64,000 bases of DNA from Octopus vulgaris (GCA_951406725.2 OX597818.1:94178001-94242000); one strand, 5' to 3'; shown: positions 13,141 through 27,703, counted from the stretch's first letter. Notes: generated by a model from the letters alone, not told the origin. Numbers and translations: made by a program.

Positions 13141-14890
13141 TTGTAAATATATTAGCTGAGGTGGACAAAGATACAGAATCGGTCGACTGTTGATAAGGAC
13201 ACAAAGAGATTGCTAAACCCTATGTATACAATGTTTCAGGTGTGAATAGTATTTTCTAAAGCTGCTTTCCCTAGGTTTCAAAATTTATTGATTACTTCAT
13301 ATCAATATTTTCTTCCATTCTTTTTTTCTTTTGGTGTCTGTTAATGAAATTTTCTATCATTAATGAAGACCTTAACTTTGTGTCATGTGTCAAGTGTAAA
13401 TGAAAGAACAAGTAAGCTAGTACTAAGAGCTATAGTGGATGCTAACATTCCCATCAGGTTTGGCATCACTCTTAAGTATTAAACAGTGATTAGTGAAAAC
13501 CCCAAACATGAAATCTTCATTGATTTATTTCATGTCAAAGCGATATCATCTTGGAGTGTGTGTGTGTGTGTGTGTGTGCATACACGCACGTGTGCATGTG
13601 CGTGTACTTTTAGTTAGTTTCATAATTCAGACATATTGGTTACTAATGGTGAAATAAGTGTTTTAGACGACCATGTTGAAGATGGTAGCTTATGGAGCAA
13701 ATGAGGAAGGAGATCAACAGGAAATATTCTGTTACATTAGTTTTGTTCAATGTCCATAGCAAAAACAACTTAGGAATCTCTTAATTTACTTAGCTAATTA
13801 ATAAGGTATAGCTAATCATGGTATAACTGATATTTAATTTGGCACAAGGCCACAAATTTATAAGAGATGATAAATGTGGGGTAGTGGCTTCCAAGCTATT
13901 TTACTTGTGGTGCACTTTAAAGTAAATAATAATTTTGGTTTAAAATTTTGGCACAAGACTATCAATCTCAGGGGAGGGTGTAAGTCAATTACATTGACCC
14001 CAGGATTCAAATGGTACTTAATTCATTGGCCCTGGAAAAATGAAAGGCAAAGCTGATTTTAGTGGAATTTGAACTCAGAACATAAAGGTTTTTGCCTGGT
14101 GTGTTAACAATCGTTAGCTTGCCATGTTAAGGTAAACTTGGCACACTTTGTGCATGTAAAGGTATTTATATATTAAGCATTATTGCCATCACCATCATCT
14201 TCCTTATTATTTTAACGTCTACTTTTCAATATTTGCATGGGTCAGATGGAATTCATTGAGGCAGATTTTCTATGTCCGAGTGCACTTCCTGTCACCGACC
14301 TTCATCTTTTTCTAAGCAAGGTAATATTTCACCATGGCTGGAAGATCGTTAGCAAATGACACTGCTTGTGATATTTACAAATAGCATCTGATGTAATGAC
14401 AAGGACACATACACACACACCTGTGCATACCTACTCATGCACACACACACACACACTCACACATTCAAGAAATCCAGGTGAACATCTCAGTACTCCATAC
14501 AAAATCTCAGCTAACAGGATGTAAAAAGAAGAAAAATCATTCAGTTAATCAAGAAATTTTCCACACAAGCTGAAAATCAGGAAAACACGTTTATTATAAG
14601 AATCAAGCATCCATTACAGAGTATAAAATAGAACAATCAAAGGACTACAGGTGGTGGTTTACATTTATTAATCAGTTATGATCATTTCAATAGCTGGTGG
14701 AATTGTTACATCAATCAACATGCTGGATAATATACATGAAATTATAAAAGTTGTATAACGATTATATATTAAGTGAAAATACCACCAATTGTCTTCATGA
14801 CTATCAGCAAAACATATACAGTGTATATAGGCAGATACAGTCTTATAAATAAGAGTGAGATTGGCTTCAAAGATCAGAGCAATGAATACC

Positions 14891-15123
14891 TATTTCTTTA
14901 CTACTCACAAGGGGTTAAACATAGAGGGGACAAACAAGGACAGACAAACGGATTAAGTCGATTATATTGACCCCAGTGCATAACTGGTACTTATTTAATC
15001 GATACCGAAAGGATGATAGACAAAGTCGACCTCGGTGGAATTTGAACTCAGAACGTGGCGGCAGACGAAATACCGCTAAGCATTTTGCGTGCTAACATTT
15101 CTGCCAGCTTGCTGCCTCAATGA
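14891..15123 (-). mobile_element. tRNA-derived SINE family B (MetaSINE-like central domain)
   Basis: ccgaggtcgactttg(c/t)ct(t/a)tcatcctttcgg..tcgat domain on the minus strand; 15-bp TSD agagcaatgaatacc. Confidence 0.85.
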
Positions 15124-16084
15124 AGAGCAATGAATACCATTAAGTCAATGTACTGTGGGAGAAACACATACGTGAGGGGATTATGGAGGCAGAGTATTTT
15201 GTTAATTTCCTTACATATGATCTTTAGCAGAAATGTTTAACAATCACTCTATGTCATGATTTGCTAGAGTTATTACCCACATGATCAACAAAATTTAACC
15301 AATCACAACTTTGTGTGGAATAAGCTCCAGCAACAATTTCATCTTTTGGCACACTTCGTTTTGAACCTAATCATCAGTATAAATGCAGCACACCTTGACT
15401 ACTTGACGGAGAACATTGGGATGCAGCAGAGATGAGACGGTAGACAGACAGCAAATAGACACCGATAACTGTTGATCCTCGCTGACAACAACCACAGTGA
15501 AAGATTGGCATCAGCAACATGCAGCTAAATTTCTGACTACCATTACAATTACAGCAAGAACAATAACATTCAAACTCTCGACATATTGTCATTCATAGTA
15601 ATGACTGTAATTTTTTTTTTTGTGTACGAAAAACATAAAATTTTGTTTATCAAAAATTGCAACAGACTTCTGTTTTCTTCTTTGTACAGATCTACTTGGG
15701 CCACTAATGCTGTCTCATATAGAAAGTCAAAATTTATAATGTATATATATGCATATAAAAAAATGATAAATGTTCAGATATCAGCTAGTTACTACTATAT
15801 TCTTAGAAATGCCATGAATTCAGAGAAGAGAGAAATCAAAAAGAAACATCTAAAGAAAGAAGGAAAATCAATATAAAAAAATTACTAAGAAAGATAAGAA
15901 TAAGGATATAGGGTTAAAGAACCTATAGCTTCATGTTTCTCAGGAAATTATGTAGAATATTTGATTAATAGTTGAAATATAATGAAATTAATATTTATGA
16001 AATTAATGTTTAGTTATAAAGGGAAAAGTGAAGATGGAAATAAGATATTTTCATTTTCCCTTTTTCCTTTATATATATATATAT

Positions 16085-16150
<66 letters not shown>

Positions 16151-16904
16151 GAGAGTAGTATACATGGGTTTAAGACACCCAAGGAATGCATATACTATTA
16201 AGTCAGAGTTGAAATTAAATAAACCAGATGATTAATTCCACAGAAATTAATTAAACAGGGAGTATAAAGCATTAGAAATAGAGAATAATCAGCAAGAAGT
16301 TATAGTAACTCAGAGAATGGGAATGCTAAGTGAGTAAGTTAGGCAGTATTTTTCTTAAAGTTTTATTGAATTAGTAGGAATAACAGATCAATAATTCATT
16401 TGTTTATTAATAATTCACTTGTTTATTATTGTAAGTCTATTGCAATAGGACTTCTGATGCCTCCATAGAACACAATCTACAGCTACCCCCAGCCTCTTTA
16501 TATAGAAGTGAAGTATGTATAATTGATGTTGTCACTGACAAACTGAGCAGGAATGGAGAAAGGAGAGTCTTTCTAGAAGAAATTTTTCTTCTAGAGAAAA
16601 GGTCAGTTTGTGTAAATGTCTTGTTTCCTTGTGGTATGTTTAATGTAACTGCTTATTGATGATATCTTACTCATGACTAATGATTCCCAAGATCGATGTG
16701 TAGGGAGCACTGTTAAAAGCTTTCTGGTAGTTTATCCATGCTATGATCAGGCATGTCTTCCTTCATTCACAATTCTAAGTAATAGTTTTGGTGATCAATA
16801 ATAGATTTTTACATCTATGAGCCATTGCATCATCCTATCTGCTCTTCTGGAAAGAAGTTGCATTTTACCAGCTTTTATTTATTCACAGTGATATTATTGC
16901 AATG

Positions 16905-17416
16905 GTAGAGGCGCAATGGCCCAGTGGTAAGGGCAGCGGACTCGCGGTCGTAGGATCACAGTTTCGATTCCCAGACCGGGCATTGTGAGTGTTTATTGAG
17001 CGAAAACACTTAAAGCTCCACGAGGCTCTGGCAGGGGGTGGTGGTGAACCCTGCTGTACTCTTTCACTACAACTTTTTCTTACTCTTTCTTCCTGTTTCT
17101 GTTGTGTCTGTATTTCAAAGGTCCAGCCTTGTTACACTCTGTGTCATGCTGAATCTCCTCAAGAACTACGTTAAGGGTACACGTGTCTGTGGAGTGCTCA
17201 GCCACTTGCACGTTAATAAATGAGCTGCGACGTCAATGGTGCCAAGCTGTATCGGCCTTTGCCTTTCCTTTGGATAACACCAGCAGTGTGGAGAGGAGAG
17301 GCTTGTATGTGTGGGTGACTGCTGATCTTCCATAAACAACCTTGCCCAGACTTGTACCTCGGAGGGTAACTTTCTAGGTGCAATTCCATGGTCATTCGTG
17401 ACCGAAGGAGGTCACA
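16905..17416 (+). mobile_element. tRNA-derived SINE family C (tail type 1)
   Basis: Head gaggcgcaatggcccagtgg...gtttcgattcc; 12-bp TSD attattgcaatg. Confidence 0.9.
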
Positions 17417-17559
17417 ATTATTGCAATGAAACCTTTGTAAACAATAGGAAATCAGGTTATGGGATCAGTAGATTTTAGGGTGTGCTGTTCCTTTAGTCTT
17501 GATAGTTAAGGTTTTCTCCCTGGGCGAATCTGCCCGGTGTTGTTTATGGTTCTTTCAGA

Positions 17560-18400
17560 ATATTATTAAATATTTTTGCTAGTAATTTTTGTTATAATAA
17601 TTTAAGTTATTATAAAAATTTACAATAATATATGTTATAATGTTTTAACCAGAGAATTATGAGCTTGTTTCATCGTAAAATGTGGGTTACATCTTGAACT
17701 GACATGGCTTATCATGATTGTTCAGGTGCTGTTTTTTGTTAATTTTGAGCAATCATATTTATGGTGAATCCTTTGCTATTCATATTTCTTTTCCAGAATT
17801 TTTCTATTTGTCTTGCTGATGGTGTAGCATTGATTTCTACTTTTTTACCTAATGTTTTTTATATAATTTTTTTTCATGGCTAGAGTCAGATTGTTTGTTT
17901 TGTTCGAAGAATATCTGCCACTTTGCATATGGTTGAAGTTTTTGCGATTTAGCTGAAATCTCTCATTTCAGATGTCTTGTTTTTAAATTTTGATTTTGAG
18001 TACTTTGTTAGGTTATATTTCCACAGTATTTTCCTATCTCTCTATTTCTTTCTCTGTCTCTCTCTTTTAAACTGTGACTTTTCATTAATGATTTCATTAA
18101 GGATTGAGAGAGCTTTCTCTTTTGTTTTCTATATTTCACTGTGTGTTTGTTTACCATATTGTTTACTTGGATTTGATATCACCATATGAATAGATCTCCA
18201 GGAGTTTCTACTTCCTTTTGTAACTATTATGGAGGCTGCATATATTATTTCATTTAACCTTGTGATAGTGTTGTTGGTATCTGTTTTCATTAAGTATATG
18301 ATGACCAAGTTTGCACTTGTCATTGTAATTGCTATTTCATTGAGCTTTATCCTTGAAAGGTGCTTTCATTAGTCCGTAGCAAGAACTATTGATTATTATT
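17560..18400 (-). pseudogene. Highly decayed fragment of an R4/Dong-like non-LTR retrotransposon (region N-terminal to RT)
   Basis: ITRLNEIIYAASIIVT and INATPSARQIENFW resemble motifs upstream of RT in this clade; recalled, not searched. Confidence 0.45.
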
Positions 18401-18908
18401 ATTATCAATACATTAGATTTTACTGCATCATTTTTATCATTTTACTGTATCTCTTTTATCATTTTACTCTACTTTTTACATTTTATCTTTATATTACATA
18501 ATCATGTCAATTTTTTAAGAAAATCAAGTGAATAATTTGCATACCTGAATATATCAAATAGTAAATGTAGGTTCAAATCTGTCAAAGTTTTCACCATTTT
18601 ATTTTCCATACTATCTCACATAAATACTTTATATTTTAGTGCAGTTCCCTCTCAGTCCTTGATAATCTTTCTTATGATGACATTTCATGTATATAACATA
18701 CCTAAAACTGCCTCACAAAGGTTTGCCTTCTTCCTCAGAATTAGTAAATACATCAGCCCTGATCAAGTCAGCTGACTATGTACAGAGCTCAAGCATGGCC
18801 CACATTAGATTACTACTCATACCTAGAAACAGTGCAGCTGTTAGAAAAACTATCATATGACATCTCATTCAAAAGAAGGCCATTTCACAAATTTGTGGCT
18901 GCTGTTGC

Positions 18909-19273
18909 TGTTGCTGATGAGTGAACGGTCTTCGTTGCAGAGCTCGCAAGATGGGAGAAGTCCGAAACATGGTTCTTTGCTATTCGTAAGACCCACAGAA
19001 GAGAAAACAGGTCAACCCCCGACACAGATGGATGAATGCGCATCCAGGCTCAGTGGTTGCGTAGGAAGTCGGGGACAAGAAACAGGAAGAAAGAGTGAGA
19101 GAAAGTTGGAGCGAAAGAGTACAACAGGGGTTGCCACCACCCCCTGCTGGAGCCTCGTGGAGCTTTAGGTGTTTTCGCTCAATAAACACACACAACGCCC
19201 GGTCTGGGAATCGAAACCGTGATCCTCCGACTGCGAGTCTGCTGCCCTAACCATTGGGCCATTTTGCCTCCAC
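18909..19273 (-). mobile_element. SINE family C (tail type 2)
   Basis: 15-bp TSD tgtggctgctgttgc. Confidence 0.9.
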
Positions 19274-19519
19274 TGTGGCTGCTGTTGCATGCAAACAGCT
19301 ATTTAGAGACATAAGTGAGAGCTCTGAGGAGTATAGTGGTTGTTGAAGAGGAACAGAGTTACCCTTCTACAATCACATGTGTTGTTTCTTCTCTTGTTTG
19401 TACAACAGACTCTGTTTATCTCAATTAGTCACATACTCATTCCATTCAAGCGAATTCAATGTAATCATCTGTCCTCATTTGGTTATTCCTGATAGATCTC
19501 CCTTTCCCTCACTCCAGAT

Positions 19520-19773
19520 CAGTAGTTCTTAACTATTTTTTGAATATGGACCCTTTGGATTCCTAATTAAATTAAGGTGGATCCACATAACCATATTTAA
19601 AAAAAGATCCTTTAGATTTTTATAATTAAATTTTATCAGGAATTGAATAAAAAAAATGTTTAAATATTTTGTCTGTTGTAGAATTATAACTAATCTATTG
19701 CATATGAATTTTAACAACAAAATCCAATATGGACCCCACAAAGGGCCATATGGATCCTGGATGGGGACCACTG
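19520..19773. mobile_element. hAT/Charlie-like MITE
   Basis: Ends cagtagttcttaac ... gatggggaccactg; degenerate 8-bp TSD ctccagat/ctctacat (NTCTAGAN-like). Confidence 0.65.
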
Positions 19774-19852
19774 CTCTACATTAAAAACTTTGTTCATTGA
19801 TTCATCCTTAGAAATGTACTCTCTAGAATTCTCTCTCCACTCATGAATATCT

Positions 19853-20089
19853 ATTTCTTTACTACCCACAAAGGGCTAAACACAGAGGGGACAAACAAGG
19901 ACAGACAAACGGATTAAGTCAATTACATCGACCCCAGTGTGTAACTGGTACTTAATTTATTGAACTCGAAAGGATGAAAGGCAAAGTCGACCTCGGTGGA
20001 ATTTGAACTCAGAGCATAACGGCAGATGAAATACAGCTACGCATTTCGCCCGTCATGCTAATGTTTTGGCCAGCTCGCTGCCTTTAATA
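19853..20089 (-). mobile_element. SINE family B
   Basis: 14-bp TSD actcatgaatatct. Confidence 0.9.
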
Positions 20090-20291
20090 ACTCATGAATA
20101 TCTTACTGCTGTTGGCACACAGCTGTTCAGTCTAAACACCGACAGTATCAATATCACACATCTGGCAGAAACAAGGTCATAGTTATTATAATTTCTGTTC
20201 TAATTCTCTTTGCCTTTTACTTGTTTTGGTCATTAGAGCACTGCTTTGAAGGGCTTAGTTGAACAAATCAACCTCAGAAATAATTTTCTAA

Positions 20292-20520
20292 GTAAGGCAA
20301 TGGGCTGGCAGAAACGTTAGGATGCTGGCAAAATACTTAGCGGTATTTTATCTGTCTTTATGTTCTGAGTTCAAATTCCGCTGACTTTGCCTTTCATCCT
20401 TTCGGGGTCGATAAATTAAGTACCAGTTGCATACTGGAGTCGATGTAATCGACTTAATCCCTTTGTCTGTCCTTGTTTGTCCCCTCTATGTTTAGCCCCA
20501 TGTGGGCAATAAAGAAATAA
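20292..20520 (+). mobile_element. SINE family B inserted into an old family A copy
   Basis: 12-bp TSD ataattttctaa; family A remnants on both sides. Confidence 0.85.
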
Positions 20521-20669
20521 ATAATTTTCTAAATTTTGGCACTGACTCTATTGGCCTCTTTTGCTTACAAGGATGTGAACAAACCAACACCAGTTGTCAA
20601 GCAATGGAAGGACAAACACAAAGACACATACATATCATCATCATTATTTAACATCCATTGTTCATGCTA

Positions 20670-20707
<38 letters not shown>

Positions 20708-22088
20708 CTAATCAAAACATGAACAAAGAGAAAACGCAACAATGCAAGGACGTGGAATAAATATAGTGTTATTGGACGCTCAGGAAAGGAAAGAAAGAAG
20801 GAGGATTTCATGTTTCGAGTGAAACTCTTTGTCAGAAATATAGAAAAAAAGAAAAAGTCCAAAGAAGGGAAGACGGAGAAAGAAAATCACCAACAATACA
20901 CACACGGTCACATTATATATATATATATATATAATGTGTTTCTACACAATTTCCAACTTCACTCACAAATTCACTATCAAATTCATTTGTGCCTAATCAA
21001 TAATAAACATGTGAATAAACTATTAAATATGGCAACAAACTATGATGGAAGGTTGTACTTAAACACTAAAGAATGTGGCAGTTAACACTCTACAGAATAT
21101 GGCAGCAAAATTCTAGTGATTGTCTCCATAAAGTGCTTTACATTGGAGTAAAAAACACTGTATTCCATTGTAGCAAACACTATGTTACATACAGTGTGTA
21201 ATATGTTGTATATGCTGTATTACAGCACTAAATAAGAAAGTACTTCCATATATGGTTAGAAAATATAACAGGTACATGCATGGCTTTGTGGTTAAGAAGT
21301 TTGCTTCCCCACCACTGACCCTGAAACAACATGGTTGTGAAGCATGCATTTCAATTACACAGCCACACCTGCACCCATAAATATATGTGTGTGTGTATAT
21401 GTATATGTATGTATGTATATATATATATATATATAGAATATATATATATATATATATATACATACACATACACTTATATATTTACATGCAGTTAAATAGA
21501 ACTCCGGTCATAGAGTGACCATTACAGTCAGTTAATTTGTAAACAAAAGAATAATATACTCTGAGTTTTAAACAAGACTGGTCCAGGTAGCAAATCTTAT
21601 AGACATAAAAGGGAATCTCTGCCCTTAGGCTCTTTCTGGTTTGCAAGAACTTTTTATAGCTCTAATCAATGAACAGTGAATATCATACCTACAGTAGGTA
21701 GTGTTTGAAAGGTGGGGGCAGAAGCTGTAGATCTCATGTCATGAGTTCAAGAGAGATTTCGGGTCCAATGAGTCTTTAAGAATTCTTACCAGCTCTGCTA
21801 TGTAAAGCTTGCATTGTCGTGTTTATATAAGACCCCAGCTGCTCTATGATCCTCAACTTAAATTTGCAAGGGGTTCCTTCTTACTTAAGGCACCACACAT
21901 GGCTGGCCAGGGATGTGTCTATAAATATATATTTTTTAATATTTTGCTTAGGTATAGCAATATTAATAACCTGGTGTTAGAACTCAGTATGCACACACAC
22001 ACACACACACATATATATGTAACATATGGTATAATTATAAACAGGGCAAATTTTAGCTATTTCTCTGCAGACTGTAAAAATGATGAAT

Positions 22089-22132
22089 AACCTTAATCGA
22101 TTTTCGAACCTAATTGGGTTCTTATCAGAAGC
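22089..22132 (-). ncRNA. Type I hammerhead ribozyme relic (G8A)
   Basis: gcuu-CUGAUAA-GAACC-caauua-GGUUC-GAAA-A-UCGA-U-UA-aggu; perfect stem II and palindromic loop III. Confidence 0.65.
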
Positions 22133-23621
22133 GTCGACATTATTCTGACATTATATATATTACTTAGCTGAAAGAGCAAAAATCTTGAAAAACCCATTTG
22201 TTCTGGGGACAATTTTAAACTCCAAAAAAAGAGATGTTTAGTCAGTGCCTCATCAGAGGAAATTCATGTTGCAAAAATGGAATACCCCATTTTCTAACTA
22301 GGAAAATGCTACCACCTTCTGATGTCTTTGGAGGGGTTCACAGAGATAACTGGAATCAATCTATGGGGGATAACTCCGCCTCACCAAAGGTTTTGCCAGA
22401 AGAGTTTCGTTCTGGAATTTATTTTTTTGTGTACAAAATTAACTGACTATGACATTCTTCTCCCTCAAGCAGTAGAGAGGTTACATGCCTATACTGCTAA
22501 GTGCTTCATAGGTGTGAAACCAATGGTCACTCTCTGACTGGTCATAACAAACAACCTTCTAAATATTAATCCTCTTATGTTTAGAGTGTGCCTCTCAGTA
22601 ACAAAGAACTAAATATTCAACACTTTTTTTTCATTTATAAGGTAATAAGAAAGGTGCTGCAGTCCCAAGGCCATGGTAGATTCTCCAAGACTAGTCAGAT
22701 TGTGGTATCATGCAGTAAAAATTTCACATGACACTCTGTAGGTTAAATCCTGTGAAGAAAATATGTACACAGAAAGAATTTCAGAAGGTTATATTCTGGG
22801 GAAGAAGGATTTGGTGAAATGTTTAGTGTGGAAACTGATGGATTCAACACAACGGAGATGGTATGAAGGAGGGGGAAAAATTAATGTGATAGGTGTTCCT
22901 GGATGGAGGTCATATGTAGCTTGTCAGGGTAATGATGACTATCTAGTCAACTTGGAGATGACTGTTGACTTACATAATGACTTTGTGTACAGTGAGGAAG
23001 AGTTGCACATTGTCAACCTTACTCTATTGTCTGTGACCATCTCCAGTACGATAGAAAAACAAGGTCAAGGCATCTAGGGATGGAGATGGATGCAGTGGAC
23101 GACCAGGGTGTCTTACTTGTCATATCTTGCTCTCTGCACCACGCATTTCATTGCTCCAGCTGTCTTCCTTTCTATTAAGCCTTGAAGGTTTCTTTTGCAG
23201 TGTCCACCAGATTCAGTTTTCACATGCATAGTCATGCATGCTCTAACTCATAGTCATGCTCTAACTCATCAAGAATTGCATACTTGTTAACTACCCTCAT
23301 CTGGTTTAGCCACCCAGTCAAAGCAGTTTATTGGGGGTGTGGCTGCTGTTACCTGTAAATAGCTACTTGGAGACGTAGGTGAGAGTACTGAGAACTATAG
23401 TGGTAGTTGAAGAGGAACTGAGTTCCCTTTCAACTATCACATGAGGTGGTGGTGATAGTAGTGGTGGCAGTGGGTGATTAGCATTATCTTTAATTCCCCT
23501 GCTAATATTTATCACCTTTATAAAGAATATATCATACAGACAAAGGAAAGAACTTTACAGAGTAATTTTTTTTAATATGGATTCAAGTCCACTTCCTAAA
23601 AGCTTTTGCTTTTATTTTAAA

Positions 23622-23623
23622 AG

Positions 23624-23692
<69 letters not shown>
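23622..23692. repeat. (CTA)n microsatellite
   Basis: Direct reading. Confidence 0.95.
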
Positions 23693-24190
23693 ACAAAATA
23701 AAAAATAATTAGAAATAGTCACATGAAGTCAACTTGAAGTTACTTAAAACATAGTTTATTTCTCCCTAGAGTTAAACTCTCATGATACGGTATCAAGCCA
23801 TTACTCTAAATTCCATTAAATCTTGGAATTGAATTATAAAATAATTCTCAAATAAAAGCCAATAGAATTTATCCAAGAGTTCGGCTAAAACATCAATAAT
23901 GGAACTATTACTCCAAAATTATTAATGAACTCAAGACTACAAATTTATGTGATTTCAATGTTTAATATTGTTCATGTTATATTTCATTTTCATTGAGGTT
24001 GTTGTTGCTGTCATCTTCAACATTCATCATTATCAGCATTCTCATCATCATTGTTGTCCTTTTTATGTCTACTTTTTCCATGCTGGCATGGGTTGATAAG
24101 CAATGTCAGGATTCAAGCACATACACTTACACACACATACACAGACTCAAATATGTTAAAAAATACTCTGTGTGTGTGTGCATGCATACC

Positions 24191-24502
24191 TATTTCGTAT
24201 GATGGACTATCCCATCGTTAGACGACGTATGAGGGTTTGGTAATTTCTTACCGAACAACCACTCAGATGATTTGTTTATTGTGATCAAATGTTTGTGTAG
24301 ACATAAGCTCATTCCCTCCATCAGATCGACATTACCTGCACAGGTGCAATGGGTGCCACATGTCAGATGTCGAAATGATCTCAGAGCAATGTGAAATGAA
24401 GTACTTTGCTCAAGAACACAATGTAACACCTGGTCTGGGAATTGAACCCATGATCTCGCAAATGTGAGTGCAACACCCTAACCACTAAGCCATGCGCCTT
24501 CA
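24191..24502 (-). mobile_element. tRNA-derived SINE related to family C (V-domain-like gtgttcttgagcaaag segment); partial copy also at 6225-6357
   Basis: Head gaaggcgcatggcttagtggttaggg...ggttcaattccc on the minus strand. Confidence 0.7.
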
Positions 24503-24548
24503 AAACCCATTCATATACACACATGCATACACACACATCCATGCATAT

Positions 24549-24972
24549 ACTCTTTTACTGTTTTACTTGTTTCAGTCTTTTGACTGTGGCCATGCTGGAG
24601 CACCGCCTTTAGTCGAGCAAATCGACCCCAGGACTTATTTTTTGTAAGCCTAGTACTTATTCTATCGGTTTCTTTTGCCGAACCGCTAAATGATGGGGAC
24701 ATAAACACACCACCATCAGTTGTCAAGCGATGTTAGGGAGACAGAGACACACAAACATATACACATGCATAAATATATATATATATACACATATATATAT
24801 ATATATATACAATGGGCTTCTTTCAGTTTCCGTCAACCAAATCCACTCACAAGGCTTTGGTCAGCCCGAGGCTATAGTAGAAGATACTTGCCCAAGGTGC
24901 CATGCAGTAGGACTGAATCCAGAACCATGTGGTTGGTAAGCAAGCTACTTACCACACAGCCACTCCTACGCC
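24549..24972 (-). mobile_element. SINE family A
   Basis: Full-length consensus match. Confidence 0.85.
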
Positions 24973-26003
24973 TATGCATGCATACATATACACACATATA
25001 TCATTATCATCATTCTCATCATCATTATTGTTTTAACATCTACTTTTCCATATTTGCATAGATTGGATGGAATTCATGGAAGTGGATTTCTATGTCCAGA
25101 TGCTCTTCCTCTTGCCAACCCTCATCTGTTTCCAAGTAAGGTAATATCTCCGTTTGGCCAGAAATGTTTTTCACAGAAGATTCGAAATGAAGAATGCTGC
25201 TTGTGATAATGATACTTGTTTACAACCCCCATGTGATAAGAAAAAACTAACACACACACACAATCATGCACACACAAGTACCTAAATGTACATATGCACA
25301 CACATATACATACATGCATGCACACATACATACATACACATATATATATATATATGTATATATGTACATATGTATATATATATATACATATATATGTGTG
25401 TGTGTGTGTAATTAGAAATATTGCATTTCTAAATTTCTCATAGAGACTTATACAGTAGCAGCATGATAAAGTGATGTTTGTTGCCAACTTAATGTGGAAC
25501 TCACAGGAAAGGGAAGAATGCTACTGCTATTTAGCCCCAGGAAACACCGTTTCCAGTTGGCTATGTGACACAAGAGTACTGTGTCAATATGTTTTCAAAC
25601 AGGGGAGATAAACACCTCCACCCAGCAAAGCCAGCATTCAGAGACTAGTTAGCCAACTGGAAACGGTGTCTCCTGGGGCTAAATAACAGTAGCATTCTTC
25701 CTTTCCTGGCACTGCTACATTAAGTTGACAATAAACCCTCACTTTTTCATGATGCTAGTGTATAAGTCTCTCTGAGAGATTTAGAAATGTAATATTTCTA
25801 ATTTTGTAGATCAGTGAATTCATGTTGATTTTTGCTGTTTGATTTAATCATTTTTGATCCCTGTGAGTCACATTGTTGATTATTGTTGAAGGTCTTCCAT
25901 AAGGGTGAACCTAATTGTTGGATTATTGAATTGTTCATTGATGTTGTTTTTGCCTGTTATATTTGTTTTCTTCTCCATTTATGGGTGAAGTGGCAAGAAA
26001 AAA

Positions 26004-27398
26004 ATGATGGAAAGTGAACCAGATGGCAGATATGCTGCAGCAACTGGAAGAAGCTCAACTGCAGACGTTGTACAGGTTTGAGAGGTGAAATTGGAAGATA
26101 AGAAGTTGAAGCAGTTCAACAAACTTATTGAGAAGGGCGGTACCAGCCTGAGGTTGATCCCGCCACAAGATGTCACAGTGAATGTAATCAAGTGGACAGT
26201 AGTATATAAAACGCTGTCCACGGCAATGAAAAAAATTGAAATAGCTACTGTGGAAGCATTGGAAGAGTGTCTGAAGGAGATAAAAAGCCTCACGACTTTC
26301 TATACCAGAGAGAAAAAGTACAGCACAGTAGAGGTTAGGTTTATGAATGAACAGGAGGTGATAAACCAGCCCACTGTGGCGTTAAGGTCATCAGAGTGGG
26401 TACTACTGCCTACTTACTGTGGTAAACATGTAGCCAAAGTAAGGATTGGCAGAGTACCCCCGGAGATTGATGAGACTTGGCTGGTGGCAGCCATCCTCTA
26501 TATGGAAGAAGTTAAAGTATTAGAAGTAACAAGAATGACTGAGGTAAACTGCTGGGGATACGGCCTCAAGGTGGCTGTCCAGGTCAGTTTGCAGGATTTG
26601 CACAAAATTGCAGAGGAGGTAGTATTAGCTGAGGAAGTGAGATTAAGTGTGGTGGTGGAGGGAAGACCTCCAATATGCTACCAGTGTGGAGTACGAGGAC
26701 ACATGAAGGCAAGAGTCCCCAGAAACACGAACAGGAGCAGCAGGGCAAAGTGAAGGAACAAATCGTTGAAGAGCAAAACACAGGATGTGAAAAGAATACA
26801 GAAAATGTGGAAGAGCAGTTTATGGTGGTGAAGAGAAAGAAGAAGAGGAGAGAAGGAAATGTGGACTCACCACCAAAAAGTCTGCTAAAGAAGAGAACAG
26901 AAAATGTAGAGGAGGCTCAGTGTGAGAGACCAGCAATGCCAAGGGAAACCAGAGGAGAAAGTGAAGTTGCAGAAGTGAAAGAAAGAAAGACGGGAGATGC
27001 CTGTAGTATCGATTGAAAAAGCTACAGAAAAGAATGAGGTACTAATACCAGTAACATAGGAGGAGACCAATAATGGAAAACAGGAAGGATTACAGGAGGG
27101 GAAACATATATGGAATATGATAGAATATAAAAAAAGTGTTAAGATTTAGAAGAGGATTACAAAGATGAAATATGCAATTAGGGTAAAAATACCGTCAAAA
27201 GAGTTCAATGAAAACTTCAAAGCAATCTTGCTTGATAGAGCAAGAGGCGAGAAATTAAAAGAACAATTTGGAGATAAAATAGAGGTAACACCAATACAAG
27301 TTCAATTTGATGAATTGCCACCAGTGGTGGAATTTGAGGAATTGACACAGTATCTAGTGGGAAAAAAAAAGGAAGTGAGTAAAAATTTTAAAAATTAA
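26004..27398 (+). pseudogene. Gag/ORF1-like (Tx1/L1-type) CCHC zinc-knuckle protein, disrupted
   Basis: In-frame ATG at 26004, TGA at 26079, VRIGRVPPEI...VVVEGRPPICYQCGVRGHMKAR(CP, frameshifted), then an E/K-rich region with KRKKKRR; ORFs 26085-26753, 26675-27016 and 27165-27398 join into ~460 codons. Confidence 0.75.
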
Positions 27399-27632
27399 TA
27401 CTGACTTTTAAAAAAAGATACAAAAAGGTAAAAAAAGAACTATTTTTTAAACATTATTCATAAACAGTTAAATGACACTGCCTGCAAATGGGGAGCAGGT
27501 AAGACATTTCATCTTTCATTTTCTTCATTATAATTCATAAATTTCATTCGTTTGTTATATGTTGTATGTATCCCACTTTGCTGTATTGTCCCCCCTTAAT
27601 CGAGGCTGAGTGCTCAATAAAAGAAATCATCT

Positions 27633-27703
27633 AGCAAGCCACACTACTCCAGACTGATGAAGAGCAATGACTCTGAAACTAGTCTCTGAATGCTGGCTTT
27701 GCT
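27633..27703 (+). ncRNA. Minimal type I hammerhead ribozyme, core intact
   Basis: caga-CUGAUGA-AGAG-caauga-CUCU-GAAA-CUAG-UC-ucug; predicted cleavage after C27684; distal stem I agcaagcca/uggcuuugcu. Confidence 0.8.

Noticed and set aside
15374-15600. TATAAA followed by non-repetitive sequence as a promoter or first exon
   Set aside because: TATA-like hexamers are expected by chance in AT-rich DNA; no ORF or splice support.
16908-16980. tRNA-like sequences at SINE heads
   Set aside because: They continue into SINE bodies bounded by TSDs; not stand-alone tRNA genes.
19274-23443. Diverged ~105-bp direct repeats at 19274-19380 and 23338-23443 as an LTR pair
   Set aside because: No gag/pol, PBS, PPT or TSD recognisable; more likely two fragments of an old dispersed repeat.
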